From the NCBI GenBank assembly GCA_905181725.1, contig CAJIYX010000020.1, forward strand, positions 4,513 to 68,512: DNA of 64,000 bases, given 5' to 3'. The DNA is from Alphaproteobacteria bacterium UBA830 (lineage in GTDB: Bacteria; Pseudomonadota; Alphaproteobacteria; MPNO01; UBA830). Under the pieces are notes generated by a model, which was not told the DNA's origin, made no database searches, and was given only the letters and a program-made list of their open reading frames with translations. Position 1 is the stretch's first letter. Every line of letters begins with the position of its first letter. This document shows, one piece after another, positions 41,025 to 51,382 of the stretch. The translations under genes were made by a program, and so were the position numbers.

Positions 41025-41618
41025 ATGCGAGAAGCAAAAGTTGCCAGAAAGACCACCGAAACCGATATAGAGGTCGCGGTAAATCTCGACGGAACCGGCA
41101 CATATGACGTTGAAACTGGGATCGGTTTTCTCGATCACATGCTGGAAATCTTTTCGCGCCACAGCCTGATCGACCTGAAGGTGCGCGCGAAGGGCGACCT
41201 GCACATCGATTTTCATCACACAACCGAAGACACGGGTATCGCCATCGGCGAGGCCATCCACCAAGCGCTCAGCGACCGCCGCGGCATCTGGCGCTATGCG
41301 TCCGCCATGATCCCGATGGACGAAACGCTGAGCCGGGTAGCGATCGACGTTTCCGATCGTCCCTACCTGATCTGGAAGGTCGACTTTTCCAAGCCGAAGC
41401 TGGGCGAGATGGACACGGAACTGTTCAAGGAATGGTTCCAGGCCTTTGCGCAGAACGCCCGGGTGACGCTGCATGTCGAAAACATTTACGGCGAAAACAA
41501 TCACCATATCGTCGAAAGCTGTTTCAAGGCGCTGGCGCGGGCATTGCGCGATGCGATCGAAACCGACCCCCGGGCGGCGGATTCGATTCCGTCGACCAAG
41601 GGCACGCTCGGCGGCTGA
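41025..41618 (+). CDS. hisB: imidazoleglycerol-phosphate dehydratase
   Basis: 197 aa. [10 protein letters not shown]..., DHMLE, HHTTED and HHIVES motifs. Confidence 0.95.
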   Translation: MREAKVARKTTETDIEVAVNLDGTGTYDVETGIGFLDHMLEIFSRHSLIDLKVRAKGDLHIDFHHTTEDTGIAIGEAIHQALSDRRGIWRYASAMIPMDETLSRVAIDVSDRPYLIWKVDFSKPKLGEMDTELFKEWFQAFAQNARVTLHVENIYGENNHHIVESCFKALARALRDAIETDPRAADSIPSTKGTLGG

Positions 41619-41632
41619 ACGGTTGGAATGAC

Positions 41633-42052
41633 ATGCGGGTTTTCAGCATACACCTGCGACCGTCGGCGCTGACGCCCGACCGCGACGCCGTTCTGGTCAA
41701 GGAAGGGTTCTGCTGGCCGGCCTTTGTCTTCGGGCCGTTCTGGGCGCTCTGGCATAGGATGTGGTTTGCCGCCATCGGTCTGTTATCGGTGCTGATCGCG
41801 CTGGGCGTTGCCGAGGCATTGGTGCGACTCGATCCGATGACCTATAGCGCCGTTATGATCGGCGTCGCAGCGATCATCGGGTTCTGCGCGAATGACTGGC
41901 GACGAAACGCTTTGACTATGCGTGGCTGGAAAATGGCGGGCCTGTCCGCCGCGTCCGACCGTGATCTCGCGCTGAGGCGGTTTATCGACCTGCACCCGGA
42001 CGCCCTGGACACGCAGCCCACCGGACCGTCATCACACCCGGTGGGATATTGA
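41633..42052 (+). CDS. DUF2628-like small membrane protein
   Basis: The ATG at 41633 within ORF 41432..42052 gives [10 protein letters not shown]...[20 protein letters not shown]. Commonly found between hisB and hisH in alphaproteobacteria. Confidence 0.65.
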   Translation: MRVFSIHLRPSALTPDRDAVLVKEGFCWPAFVFGPFWALWHRMWFAAIGLLSVLIALGVAEALVRLDPMTYSAVMIGVAAIIGFCANDWRRNALTMRGWKMAGLSAASDRDLALRRFIDLHPDALDTQPTGPSSHPVGY

Positions 42053-42735
42053 CGGAAATCCCGAACCAGACCCGGCCGGAAACCGTCGTCATCGATTACG
42101 GGTCGGGCAATCTGCGCTCTGTCGCAAAGGCGCTGGAACGCGCGGCGCGCGACGCGGACATCGACACCGCTATCACTGTCACCGCCGACGCGGCGGCGCT
42201 GGACCGGGCCGACCGGATCGTCCTGCCCGGTGTCGGTGCGTTTGGCGATTGTGCTACCGGGCTGCGCGCCCTACCCGGCATGATCGACGCGCTGGACCGC
42301 AATGTGCGGGAACGCGGCAAGCCCTTCCTGGGCATTTGCGTCGGGATGCAGCTTATGGCCGATCGCGGCATCGAACACGGCGCCCATGAAGGGCTCGGCT
42401 GGATTCCCGGTGAAGTGCGCCCGCTGCAGCCGTCCGACCCCGGTCTCAAAATCCCGCATATGGGCTGGAATGTCGTTGAACCCCACGCGGATGCGAAAAC
42501 CCATCCGGTGCTCGCCGGCCTCACGGGTGGCTCCCATGCCTATTTTGTGCACAGTTACGCTATTGTCTGTGCGCATGAGACAGATGTGCTGGCATCTGCC
42601 GATTACGGCGGCGCTTTTACCGTGGCCGTTGGCCGCAACAACATGATCGGAACGCAGTTCCATCCGGAGAAGAGCCAAGCTGCAGGCTTGCGTCTGCTCG
42701 GAAATTTCCTGAAATGGGACGGAAAGACACGTTGA
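42049..42735 (+). CDS. hisH: imidazole glycerol phosphate synthase, glutaminase subunit
   Basis: 228 aa. [20 protein letters not shown], nucleophile GICVGMQ, and FHPEKS. Confidence 0.93.
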   Translation: MTEIPNQTRPETVVIDYGSGNLRSVAKALERAARDADIDTAITVTADAAALDRADRIVLPGVGAFGDCATGLRALPGMIDALDRNVRERGKPFLGICVGMQLMADRGIEHGAHEGLGWIPGEVRPLQPSDPGLKIPHMGWNVVEPHADAKTHPVLAGLTGGSHAYFVHSYAIVCAHETDVLASADYGGAFTVAVGRNNMIGTQFHPEKSQAAGLRLLGNFLKWDGKTR

Positions 42736-43307
42736 TGGTTGATGTAAAGACGGCCATAGAGCCGCTTGAAGAAGTCTTCGACGAAGACTTGGAAGACCTG
42801 TGCGATGCCGCCGAATCCGCAATTCTGGATGGCGGCGGGTTTGGCTGGTTGCGACCCCCGCCACGCGCGGTGCTGGGCCGCTATTTCCGGGGCGTTGTCC
42901 TGGTCCCGGAACGCCATTTATTCGTTGGCCGGCTAGACGGGCGCATCGTCGCTGCCGTCCAGCTTCAGGAACCGCCCCGAAACAACGAAGCCCAGGCCCA
43001 TGCAGCCCTGCTGACGACACTGTTCGTCGCCCCCTGGGCCCGCGGGCACGGCATTTCACCGCGGCTTGTCCAGGCGGTTGAAAAGCAGGCGGTCGAGCTC
43101 GGCTATCTGATGCTCAACCTCGATCTCCGCGCAACCCAGGATGCCGCCATCCAGGTCTATGAAGGTCAGGGCTTCGAGCGCTGGGCGACCAACCCGGCCT
43201 ATGCGCTGGTCGATGGCGAATTTGTCCCCGGGCATTACTATTCGAAGCAATTGCGAAAGCTGCCCAAAGCGAAGAAACCAAAGACCAGGAAAAACCCAGC
43301 GAAATGA
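42735..43307 (+). CDS. GNAT family N-acetyltransferase
   Basis: ORF 42714..43307. The ATG at 42735 overlaps the hisH stop (TGATG). Acetyl-CoA-binding region [15 protein letters not shown]. Confidence 0.75.
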   Translation: MVDVKTAIEPLEEVFDEDLEDLCDAAESAILDGGGFGWLRPPPRAVLGRYFRGVVLVPERHLFVGRLDGRIVAAVQLQEPPRNNEAQAHAALLTTLFVAPWARGHGISPRLVQAVEKQAVELGYLMLNLDLRATQDAAIQVYEGQGFERWATNPAYALVDGEFVPGHYYSKQLRKLPKAKKPKTRKNPAK

Positions 43308-44029
43308 TACTGTTTCCGGCAATCGATCTGAAAGACGGCGCATGCGTCCGCCTCGTCCGGGGCGAGATGGACCAGGCGACAACCTTTAACGACAACCCCG
43401 CGGCGCAGGCACGCGACTTCGCCGCCGCAGGGTTCGAATGGATCCATATCGTTGATCTGAATGGCGCCTTTGCCGGTGCACCTGTGAACGATGCGCCAGT
43501 CGCCGCGATCATCGCTGCCGTCGATGTACCGGTTCAGCTCGGCGGCGGCATCCGCGACATGGACACCATCGATCACTGGCTGGGCGCCGGCGTGCAGCGG
43601 GTGATCCTCGGCACCGCCGCGATCAAGAATCCGGATCTGGTCCGCGCCGCCTGCGACAAATATCCGGGGCGGATCGTTGTTGGCATTGATGCCCGCGGCG
43701 GACGTGTCGCCGTGGAGGGCTGGGCAGAAACATCCGACACCCGCGCGCTCGATCTTGCCATGCGGTTCGAAAACGACGGCGTCGCCGCCATCGTCTATAC
43801 CGATATCGATCGCGACGGCGCGATGCAGGGCGTCAATATAGATGCGACGGTTGATCTCGCCTTTGCGCTGACAACGCCGGTGATTGCCTCGGGCGGGGTA
43901 CGCGGTATTTCCGATATCGCCGATCTCAAAGCGCATGAAAGTGCCGGCATCGAGGGCGTGATTTCGGGCCGAGCGATTTATGACGGGCGGCTCAACGCCG
44001 CTGAAGCGCTCGCGCTGTTAAAGGGATAG
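43304..44029 (+). CDS. hisA: ProFAR isomerase
   Basis: 241 aa. Starts [17 protein letters not shown]; also GGGIRD. Confidence 0.93.
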   Translation: MILFPAIDLKDGACVRLVRGEMDQATTFNDNPAAQARDFAAAGFEWIHIVDLNGAFAGAPVNDAPVAAIIAAVDVPVQLGGGIRDMDTIDHWLGAGVQRVILGTAAIKNPDLVRAACDKYPGRIVVGIDARGGRVAVEGWAETSDTRALDLAMRFENDGVAAIVYTDIDRDGAMQGVNIDATVDLAFALTTPVIASGGVRGISDIADLKAHESAGIEGVISGRAIYDGRLNAAEALALLKG

Positions 44030-44038
44030 ACCTCCCCT

Positions 44039-44803
44039 ATGCTCAAAGTCCGCATCATTCCCTGTCTCGACGTGAAGAACGGGCGCACCGTCAAAGGTGT
44101 GAATTTCGTCGACCTTATCGACGCGGGCGACCCCGTGGAACAGGCGAAAGTCTATGACAGCCAAGGCGCGGACGAGCTGACGTTTCTCGACATCACAGCA
44201 ACCCATGAAAACCGCGACACCATTTTCGATGTCGTGAACCGCACCGCCGAACAGTGCTTCATGCCACTGACCGTGGGCGGCGGAATCCGGCAAGTCGAAG
44301 ATATCCGCAAGATGCTGCTTGCCGGCGCCGACAAGGTGTCGATCAACACGGCCGCGGTCCACCGGCCCGAATTCGTCAGCGAGGCAGCCGAAAAATTCGG
44401 CGCGCAATGCATCGTCGTTGCCATAGACGCAAAATCGACCGGGCCCGACGAGTGGGAAATCTTCACCCATGGCGGGCGCGAACCGACCGGCATCGACGCC
44501 ATCGAATGGGCCAAACGCATGGCGGATCTCGGCGCCGGTGAAATACTGCTGACATCAATGGACCGTGACGGCACGCGGTCCGGGTTCGACATTGAATTAA
44601 CCCGCACATTGGCAGATGCGGTGACGGTGCCGGTGATCGCATCGGGCGGGGTCGGCACCCTGGACCACCTGGTGGCCGGTGTCCGCGATGGTCATGCCAG
44701 CGCCGTACTTGCCGCCTCGATCTTTCATTTCGGCGAATTTTCAATCCCCGAGGCTAAGGCCCATATGGCCGCCGCCGGCGCCGCCGTCCGCCCGGCCGAG
44801 TAA
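44039..44803 (+). CDS. hisF: imidazole glycerol phosphate synthase, cyclase subunit
   Basis: 254 aa. [16 protein letters not shown]; also TVGGGIR. Confidence 0.95.
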   Translation: MLKVRIIPCLDVKNGRTVKGVNFVDLIDAGDPVEQAKVYDSQGADELTFLDITATHENRDTIFDVVNRTAEQCFMPLTVGGGIRQVEDIRKMLLAGADKVSINTAAVHRPEFVSEAAEKFGAQCIVVAIDAKSTGPDEWEIFTHGGREPTGIDAIEWAKRMADLGAGEILLTSMDRDGTRSGFDIELTRTLADAVTVPVIASGGVGTLDHLVAGVRDGHASAVLAASIFHFGEFSIPEAKAHMAAAGAAVRPAE

Positions 44804-45672
44804 CCGCCGCCGAATTCCGCAGGAGCCAAACTCAAGAACGCCTCGAAACAAAAATCTCTGGGTGCTGCGTTCCTGGCGCAGCACGCGTCTCCTCAAGCGG
44901 ATGATCCGATCATCGTGCTGCCCAATGCCTAGGATGTCGCCAGCGCGTTGCTGCGGGCCCGCGCCGGGTTAAAGGCCATCGCCACCACGAGCGCCGGGGT
45001 CGGCTATACCGGCGGCTATCCGATGGGCGAAGTCATGCCGCTGGATGAGATGCTGGGCGATGTCAAACGCATGGCAGACCGCATCGCCACAGAGATGGAC
45101 GTGGCGCTGTCCGCCGATATGGAATCGGGCTATGGCATCGCGCCCGAGCAGATCGCCGATAGGATGACGAAGACCATCGCCGCCGGCGCCGTCGGTATCA
45201 ATATCGAGGATACCGATCACCACCAGCCAAAAACGCTGTTTGGTTTCGAACTCGCGGTCGAGAGAATCGCGGCGGCTCGGGCGGCGGCGGACGCCACCGG
45301 CATTCCGTTTGTGCTCAACGCGCGGACCGACGCCTATTGGCACAATGGGACAGGCGGGGGCGAGGCGGTGTACGACGACACCCTGCGCCGCGCCGAGGCG
45401 TTTCGCGCGGCCGGCGCCGACTGCATTTTTGCGCCGGGCCCAGCGGACCGTGACGTCATCGCCCGCCTTGCCGCCGATATCGACGCGCCGCTGAACGTCA
45501 TGGGCGGGGCGAAATCGGCGTGCGGCGGGTGACCGTCGGCGCAATCATGGCTCCCGCGACCTATCACACACTGGAACAGGCAGCCAATGAACTGCGTGAT
45601 TCCGGCACGTTCGGCTTTGCCGAGGGCGTGATGTCTCCTGCTGATCTAAGCGGACTGATGAAGGGCGTATAG
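44804..45672 (+). pseudogene. PEP mutase / isocitrate lyase superfamily gene: no start codon, in-frame TAG (44930..44932), indel/frameshift near 45505
   Basis: The frame after the hisF stop reads ...SLGAAFLAQHASPQADDPIIVLPNA*DVASA...ATTSAGV...SADMESGYG...PLNVMGG. It then changes frame to EIGVRRVTVGAIMAPATYHTLEQAANELRDSGTF...* (stop 45670..45672). The 5' boundary is undefined. Confidence 0.75.
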
Positions 45673-45740
45673 CCGTTCAGACAAAACCGTCCGGATGAAA
45701 CTGTGATGACAGGGGCCCGGCAATCTGATATCGCGTGGCT

Positions 45741-46076
45741 ATGAGCAAGAATGAAAATACCGACGCGGTAATCGCGCGCCTATTCGACACGATTGCCAGC
45801 CGCAAGGGTGGCGATGCATCCGGTTCGTATACGGCGAAGCTGTTGGCACGCGGCACCGACAAGATTGCGCAGAAGCTAGGCGAGGAAGCGGTGGAAACCG
45901 TCATCGCTGCGGTCACGAAAGACCGCGACAGCACGATCGGTGAAAGCGCTGATCTGATCTATCACCTGCTGGTGCTGTGGGCCGATGCGGGCATCCATCC
46001 GGAAGACGTGCTCGCCGAGCTCGAGCGCCGCGAAGGCACGTCAGGAATTGCCGAGAAAGCATCGCGTAAGGAGTAA
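45741..46076 (+). CDS. hisE: phosphoribosyl-ATP pyrophosphatase
   Basis: ORF 45735..46076. [29 protein letters not shown] and DLIYHLLVL motifs. Confidence 0.9.
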   Translation: MSKNENTDAVIARLFDTIASRKGGDASGSYTAKLLARGTDKIAQKLGEEAVETVIAAVTKDRDSTIGESADLIYHLLVLWADAGIHPEDVLAELERREGTSGIAEKASRKE

Positions 46077-46079
46077 CCG

Positions 46080-46496
46080 ATGAAGTTCACCCAATACGAC
46101 GACCAGAACGTGTTCGCTAAAATCCTGCGCGGTGAAATTCCCTGCACCGGGGTACATGAGACCGAGCATTGCCTGTCGTTCCAGGACATCGCCCCGCAGG
46201 CCAGCGTGCATGTGCTGGTGATCCCCAAGGGTGCCTATATCTCATGGGCCGATTTTTCCGCCAACGCATCGCAGGCCGAACAGGCGGATTACGTTGCCGC
46301 TATCGGCGATACCGCACGGGCGCTGGGTGTCGACAAGACCGGCTATCGAATACTTGCCAATCACGGCCACGATTCACACCAGGAAGTGCCGCACCTGCAC
46401 ACCCATATCCTGGCCGGCCAGCCGCTCGGCCCGATGCTCGAAGGCGGCGACCTGCCGCCGGACACGGACTATGTCAGGAAAGAAGGCGGCGACTAG
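46080..46496 (+). CDS. HIT-family (histidine triad) nucleotide hydrolase
   Basis: 138 aa with the histidine triad HLHTHIL. Confidence 0.85.
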   Translation: MKFTQYDDQNVFAKILRGEIPCTGVHETEHCLSFQDIAPQASVHVLVIPKGAYISWADFSANASQAEQADYVAAIGDTARALGVDKTGYRILANHGHDSHQEVPHLHTHILAGQPLGPMLEGGDLPPDTDYVRKEGGD

Positions 46497-46506
46497 AAAA
46501 GCTGCG

Positions 46507-46896
46507 CTACTCACTGTCGTCGGTCTCCATCACCGGCTCATCACGCACCGCGACGGCGAGCAGCTCGATCCGATTGCCGCCGGTAAACGTCACCTGCACA
46601 CAGGACCGCATCGGCCAGTGCTCGGGGTTCATGCCGATCCAGTCTGTCCACATGTCGTCGAATTCTTTTTTCTGGGCGACGACATCCTCAAGAAAGACCT
46701 GAACCGAAATCAGCCGCCTCCTGTCGGTGCCGACGTGCGCCAGCCCGTTATCAAGTGCCGCAAAGGCTCGCTGTGCCTGACCGGCAAAGTCGAGCGTGAA
46801 ATCGTCCGACATGCCGAGCGCCCAGACCAGACCGCGATAGGCCGAGCCCCAGGAGCGGGTGGGGACGGTGCCGGGAATGCGTTGTATAGGAAACAT
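46507..46896 (-). CDS. RidA/YjgF-family protein
   Basis: ORF 46507..46932. The ATG at 46896 is preceded by GGAG. YjgF-like fold pattern. Confidence 0.7.
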   Translation of the reverse strand: MFPIQRIPGTVPTRSWGSAYRGLVWALGMSDDFTLDFAGQAQRAFAALDNGLAHVGTDRRRLISVQVFLEDVVAQKKEFDDMWTDWIGMNPEHWPMRSCVQVTFTGGNRIELLAVAVRDEPVMETDDSE

Positions 46897-46967
46897 AGTG
46901 ACTCCTGTAGCAAGATTGTTATTCCAGATCATAGAGTACTCTGCAGGATGAAAGAATCTCCGCCCCG

Positions 46968-48433
46968 TTATCGCCCCGGCGCGATCCGCCGATACCCCAG
47001 CGCCTCGGCAATGTGCACACGCCGCACACCCTCCGACCCATCTAGATCGGCGATCGTGCGCGCGACGCGGCGGATGCGGTGCCAGCCGCGGGCGGACAGG
47101 TGCAGACGGTCCGCGGCGTCGGGCGTGGCGATGGCGTCGAGCAGCTCGCCATCGGCATGGGCGTTGACGGAGACGCCGCTGGCATCACGTGATACCAGTT
47201 TTTCGAATCGGGCCGCCTGCACGGCACGCGCGGCGGCGGCGACGCGGACGGCGATATAGGCGGGCTTGACGGCGGGCACATCCACATGCAGATCGATGCG
47301 GTCGAAGAGCGGGCCCGAGATTTTGGACTGGTAATCGGCGGCGCAGCGCGATTCGCGGCCACAGGCCAGTGCCGGGTTGACGAGATAGCCGCATTTACAG
47401 GGGTTCATCGCGGCGATCAGCTGGAACCGGGCCGGATAAGTGACATGCGCATTGGCGCGGGCAACCACGGCGCGCCCGGATTCAAGCGGCTGGCGCAGGG
47501 CTTCGAGGGTACGGCGGTCGAATTCCGGCAACTCACCCATGAACAGCACCCCGTTATGGGCGAACGACGCTTCACCGGGCCGGGCGCGAAGGCCGCCACC
47601 GATCAGCGCCGGCACGTTGCCGAATGATGCGGGTCACGGAACGCGCGGCGCATCAGGAGCCGGCCGCCCTCCAATTGTCCGGCCACCGAATGGATCATCG
47701 AGGCCTCCACCGCCTCCACCGGGGTCAGCCGCGGCAGCAGGCCGGGCAGACGGGCCGCCAGCATCGACTTGCCGGAACCGGACGGACCCACCATCAGCAG
47801 GTTGTGGCCACCGGCCGCCGCGATCTCCAATGCGCGTTTGGCGCTTTCCTGGCCCTTTACGTCAGGCAGATCCGGGATCGGCGTGTCATCCACCGCGAGG
47901 GCCGGTTCAGGGCGGGTGAGTACCTGCGTGCCTGTGACATGGTTGACCAGCGACAGCAACGAGGCCGGGGCCAGCACGTCGATATCGCCGGCCCAGGCCG
48001 CTTCGCCGCCCTGTTCGGCGGGGCACACGATACCGCGCCCGGCGGTATTCGCGCCGATGGCAGCCGGCAGCACCCCGGCCACCCGGTTAATGGCGCCATC
48101 CAGCGCAAGCCCCCCCAATATGGTGTGTAACTCAAACGCATCATTGGGCATCACATCCATCGCCATGAGGACGGCTACCGCAATCGGCAGGTCGAAATGG
48201 GAGCCTTCCTTGAGCACATCGGCCGGCGCCAGATTGACCGTGATCCGCCGCGGCGGTAGCGCCATTCCCATGGCCGCCAGTGCGGCACGCACCCGTTCGC
48301 GCGATACCGCGACCGCCTTATCCGCCAACCCGACGATATTGAACGCCACCACACCAGACGACACCTGTACCTGACAGTCGATATCGAGCACGTCGATGCC
48401 GTTAAAGGCGACGGTGTGGGTGCGGGAGACCAT
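46968..48433 (-). pseudogene. comM: YifB/ComM Mg-chelatase-like AAA+ ATPase split by a frameshift near 47605..47615
   Basis: N-terminal piece 47603..48538 (MVSRTHTVAFNG..., Walker A GPSGSGKS, ends ...FRDPHHSATCRR*). C-terminal piece 46968..47615 in another frame (VPALIGGGLRARPGEASFAHNGVLFMGELPEF...). The family consensus reads straight through HHSAS..AL.GGG. Confidence 0.8.
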
Positions 48434-48686
48434 GCGATAGCGGCCCGATGAGGGTACGGGTTGAGTACCAGTGGTTGTGGAATCGGTGACGTTAGTATAT
48501 CTGGGTTGTGCGAAGCCGTCCATGTTCCGTGTCCTCATTCATAGAGCCTCTGATAAAACATAACCGGAACATTTAAGAGTTCAACCGGTGATTCATCCCC
48601 AAAAACTGTCGGCAGGCTTTACGGAATCGTTTGGGCCGGTTCTGCAACACATACCCAACCCATTGATTCTCATCACTATTCAAGAG

Positions 48687-48701
48687 TGGCACGAATCTTG
48701 C
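48687..48701 (+). promoter_or_regulatory. sigma54 (-24/-12) promoter TGGCACGAATCTTGC
   Basis: Exact match to the TGGCAC-N5-TTGC consensus, 46 nt upstream of the ATG at 48747. Confidence 0.6.
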
Positions 48702-48746
48702 TCCTAATGTTGGAGTACCCCGCGTTCACGATGAAAAAGTAAACCG

Positions 48747-49503
48747 ATGACCCTGGACCTCAAACCCGCTTTTCTCTCCACGGTTTCAGTCCTGGCGGTC
48801 GCGCTCACTGTCGCAGCAGCCCCGGCAAGCGCCGATCAGATAATCAGCCTTTATAGCGGTAACGGCTCTGTGGGCGGCGCGGATAGCCAGATCACCTTCC
48901 TTCGGGGCCCGCTTGGATACGGGATTCGGTTCGGCCTTCACGGCGACGGATTTCGCCAATGCAGGCACTAGCTCATCCGCCACGGTGATCAACAATCATC
49001 CGGCCTGGATTACGGCCACCGCGTTTAACGCGAATGCGGCCACCGCTGCGGTCCCGGCGCAATAGATTTCAAATTCGCCCACCGGCGGCGCTTCCTCGGG
49101 CGATAACGGATCGTCGGGCCTGTATGCGATCGAATTCACAATTACCGACGCCATCATCAGTGCTGCCAGCATCAATTTTGACTTCGCAGTCGACAACATC
49201 CTCGGGACGATATCGCCAAGTTTCGGCGTCAATCAGGGGCTGTTCCTGAACGGCGTAGCACTTTCCGGCATTACCAGCGGGGGCGGGTTCAATTCGGTCC
49301 ACACTTTCACCCGCACCGATACCGCGCCGCTGCTGCAAACCGGCGTCAATACGCTTTACATCAATCTCACCGATGTCGGCGGACCGGCCGGGATGATCTT
49401 CTCGACGACCATCCCGACCGAAGGCAGCACAGCAGTTGCTGTCCCCGAACCCGGCCTGGTCGGTCTTGGCTTTGTCCGCCGGCGGCATTCAGCCCGGGCG
49501 TAA
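48747..49503 (+). pseudogene. PEP-CTERM-anchored secreted protein: frameshift near 48900..48912, in-frame TAG (49063..49065), shortened C-terminal anchor
   Basis: Signal peptide MTLDLKPAFLSTVSVLAVALTVAAAPASA in frame 0 (ORF 48747..48971). The body continues in the +1 frame (LDTGFGSAFTATDFANAG...AAVPAQ*ISNSPTGG...LYINLTDVGGPAGMIFSTT) and ends in VPEPGLVGLGFVRRRHSARA*. Confidence 0.65.
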
Positions 49504-49542
49504 ACTGCGCTAGTCTCCCCGTAACAAAAAGCGGGAGAGAAT

Positions 49543-50337
49543 ATGCTCAAACTCTATGACGGCACGACGTCGGTCTGCGCCATCAAGGTGCGGCTCGCCC
49601 TGTTCGAAAAGGGCGTGGCGTTCGAGAGCCACAATATCGATCTGCGCAAAGGCGATCAGCTTGATCCCGCGTATCTCGCGCTGAACCCCAACGGCGTGGT
49701 TCCGACGCTGGACGATGACGGCGGGATCGTCATCGAATCCTCGGTGATCATGCAATATCTTGAAGACTGCCATCCTACCCCGTCGCTGCTGCCGGAAAGC
49801 CCGGCCGGCCGGGCCGCCATGCGCCTGTGGATGAAACGGGTGGACGATACGGCACATCCGAGCATCGGCAGCCTGACCCATGCGACGGTCTACCGCCCCG
49901 CGTTCCTTGCCCTCGATGAAGACGCGCGTGCAGAACGGCTAGCCAAAATTCCGGACCCGAAACGTCGCCAGCGTTTTGCCGCCGTTTACAAGGACGGGCT
50001 CGACGCGCCCATCGCAATTGCATCCGTGAAGAACCTGAACATGCTGATCGTCGACATAGAAGAGGCGCTTACCGTGGGTGATTTTCTGGCCGGAACTTCA
50101 TACAGCCTCGCAGATGCCGCGGTCACACCCTACGTCAACCGGCTGTTCGATATGGGGCTACTGGGCCTGTGGGCGGTCTCCGCCCCCAGGGTGTTCCGCT
50201 GGTATTCCGCGATCCGCGAACGGGCGAATTTCGCACCGGCGATCATCGACTACCTGACCGACAGCGACCGCGCGGCGTTCAATGCGATGGATCCCGAAGC
50301 CCCGGGCCGGGTGATGGAGATTCTGGCCGCGGGCTGA
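49543..50337 (+). CDS. glutathione S-transferase family protein
   Basis: 264 aa. N-terminal thioredoxin-like GST domain (LNPNGVVPTLDDDGGIVIESSVIMQYLED). Confidence 0.85.
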   Translation: MLKLYDGTTSVCAIKVRLALFEKGVAFESHNIDLRKGDQLDPAYLALNPNGVVPTLDDDGGIVIESSVIMQYLEDCHPTPSLLPESPAGRAAMRLWMKRVDDTAHPSIGSLTHATVYRPAFLALDEDARAERLAKIPDPKRRQRFAAVYKDGLDAPIAIASVKNLNMLIVDIEEALTVGDFLAGTSYSLADAAVTPYVNRLFDMGLLGLWAVSAPRVFRWYSAIRERANFAPAIIDYLTDSDRAAFNAMDPEAPGRVMEILAAG

Positions 50338-50372
50338 TAGTCCGTCCACCCGGATATCACGGCGCGCGGATT

Positions 50373-50792
50373 TCAGGCGGTGCGGGGCACCGGGAAGACC
50401 ATGTCATAGGCCCAGTTATAGCAGAATGCGTAGACCAGAAAAAACGCCGACAGGCTGATATCGAGCAGGAAGGCATCGATATAGGTCAGGTCGAGCCACC
50501 AGGCGATCAGAAACAATCCGGCGATCACCAGTCCCGCTTCGAACAGCACCGCGTGGACGATGCGGATACGGACGCCGCGCTTCGCCATGCCGCGGTGCTT
50601 AGCGTCCCACAGATCGAACATCCAGTTGTAGGACAGATTCCAGCTCATCGCGAGAACGCTAAACATCAGGCTGAGCGCGCCCATGACCTCCATCGGCCGG
50701 TCGAGCAGCCAGCCGCCGGGTACCGCCACCAGAAACAGGGCGATGGCCTCAAAAATCAAGGTATGACGCAGCCGGTCGGGGAAACTGCGCAC
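50373..50792 (-). CDS. PACE-family (bacterial transmembrane pair, AceI-like) efflux protein
   Basis: 139 aa with 4 TM segments and two tandem BTP repeats (RHTLIFEAIAL..., VHAVLFEAGLV...). Confidence 0.7.
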   Translation of the reverse strand: MRSFPDRLRHTLIFEAIALFLVAVPGGWLLDRPMEVMGALSLMFSVLAMSWNLSYNWMFDLWDAKHRGMAKRGVRIRIVHAVLFEAGLVIAGLFLIAWWLDLTYIDAFLLDISLSAFFLVYAFCYNWAYDMVFPVPRTA

Positions 50793-50803
50793 GGGCTAGC
50801 GGC

Positions 50804-51298
50804 CTAACGCTCCACCGTGCAGTCGATCCGCCAGGTCACCGCGCCGGCCTTGTCGCGGGCATCGTAATTGACCCGCGATTTTTTGAGCTGGGCGCGGGCC
50901 TCTTTGGAGAGGGCGGTCTGCAGATCGGCAGGCAGGTCCTCAAAATCGAATGACACCACGCGCGGCGCCTTCGGTTTCGGTGCAGCTTTGGTTTTGGCGG
51001 AAGGTTTTTTCTTTGCGCCGCCGGAATCATCTTTGCCCCAGATATCATCCCAGCCGGATTTATATTCGGGCGTTTTGATATTACTGAAATAGCCGTAATG
51101 GCCAACCGCCGCGCCACCGATCGAGTCGCGCGCAGACTTGCCGCCGTCACCGCTATCCGAGCTGGCCGAGGCGGATGTCGCCTCAGTCGATTTCGCATCG
51201 GTCGATGTGGTCTCGGTTTTCGATTCGGCGGATTTGGTCTCGGCCGGCTTGGGCGCTGCCTTGGTCTCGGATTGGGTCGATTTTTTCGTATCGCTCAT
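50804..51298 (-). CDS. hypothetical protein with Lys/Ala/Pro/Thr-rich low-complexity regions
   Basis: 164 aa. Low-complexity N-terminus, central GHYGYFSNIKTPEYKSGWDDIWG block, KKKPSAKTKAAPKPKAP linker. No family recognised. Confidence 0.5.
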   Translation of the reverse strand: MSDTKKSTQSETKAAPKPAETKSAESKTETTSTDAKSTEATSASASSDSGDGGKSARDSIGGAAVGHYGYFSNIKTPEYKSGWDDIWGKDDSGGAKKKPSAKTKAAPKPKAPRVVSFDFEDLPADLQTALSKEARAQLKKSRVNYDARDKAGAVTWRIDCTVER

Positions 51299-51382
51299 GA
51301 CTGTAGCTACTCAATGGATTTCGGGGACGACGTCTCGTACACCCGCGCGAAACCGGATGCAATCTCCGAGCAATCAGGATCG

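Noticed and set aside
44801-44932. Possible hisF read-through fusion, because the PEP-mutase remnant is in the same frame directly after the hisF TAA.
   Set aside because: hisF ends at its normal conserved C-terminus. The downstream frame hits TAG after 42 codons and later shifts frame. The shared frame is a one-in-three coincidence.
48731-48742. Mini-ORF ATG AAA AAG TAA between the sigma54 promoter and the PEP-CTERM gene start.
   Set aside because: At three codons with no ribosome-binding site, a leader-peptide role cannot be supported from the sequence alone.
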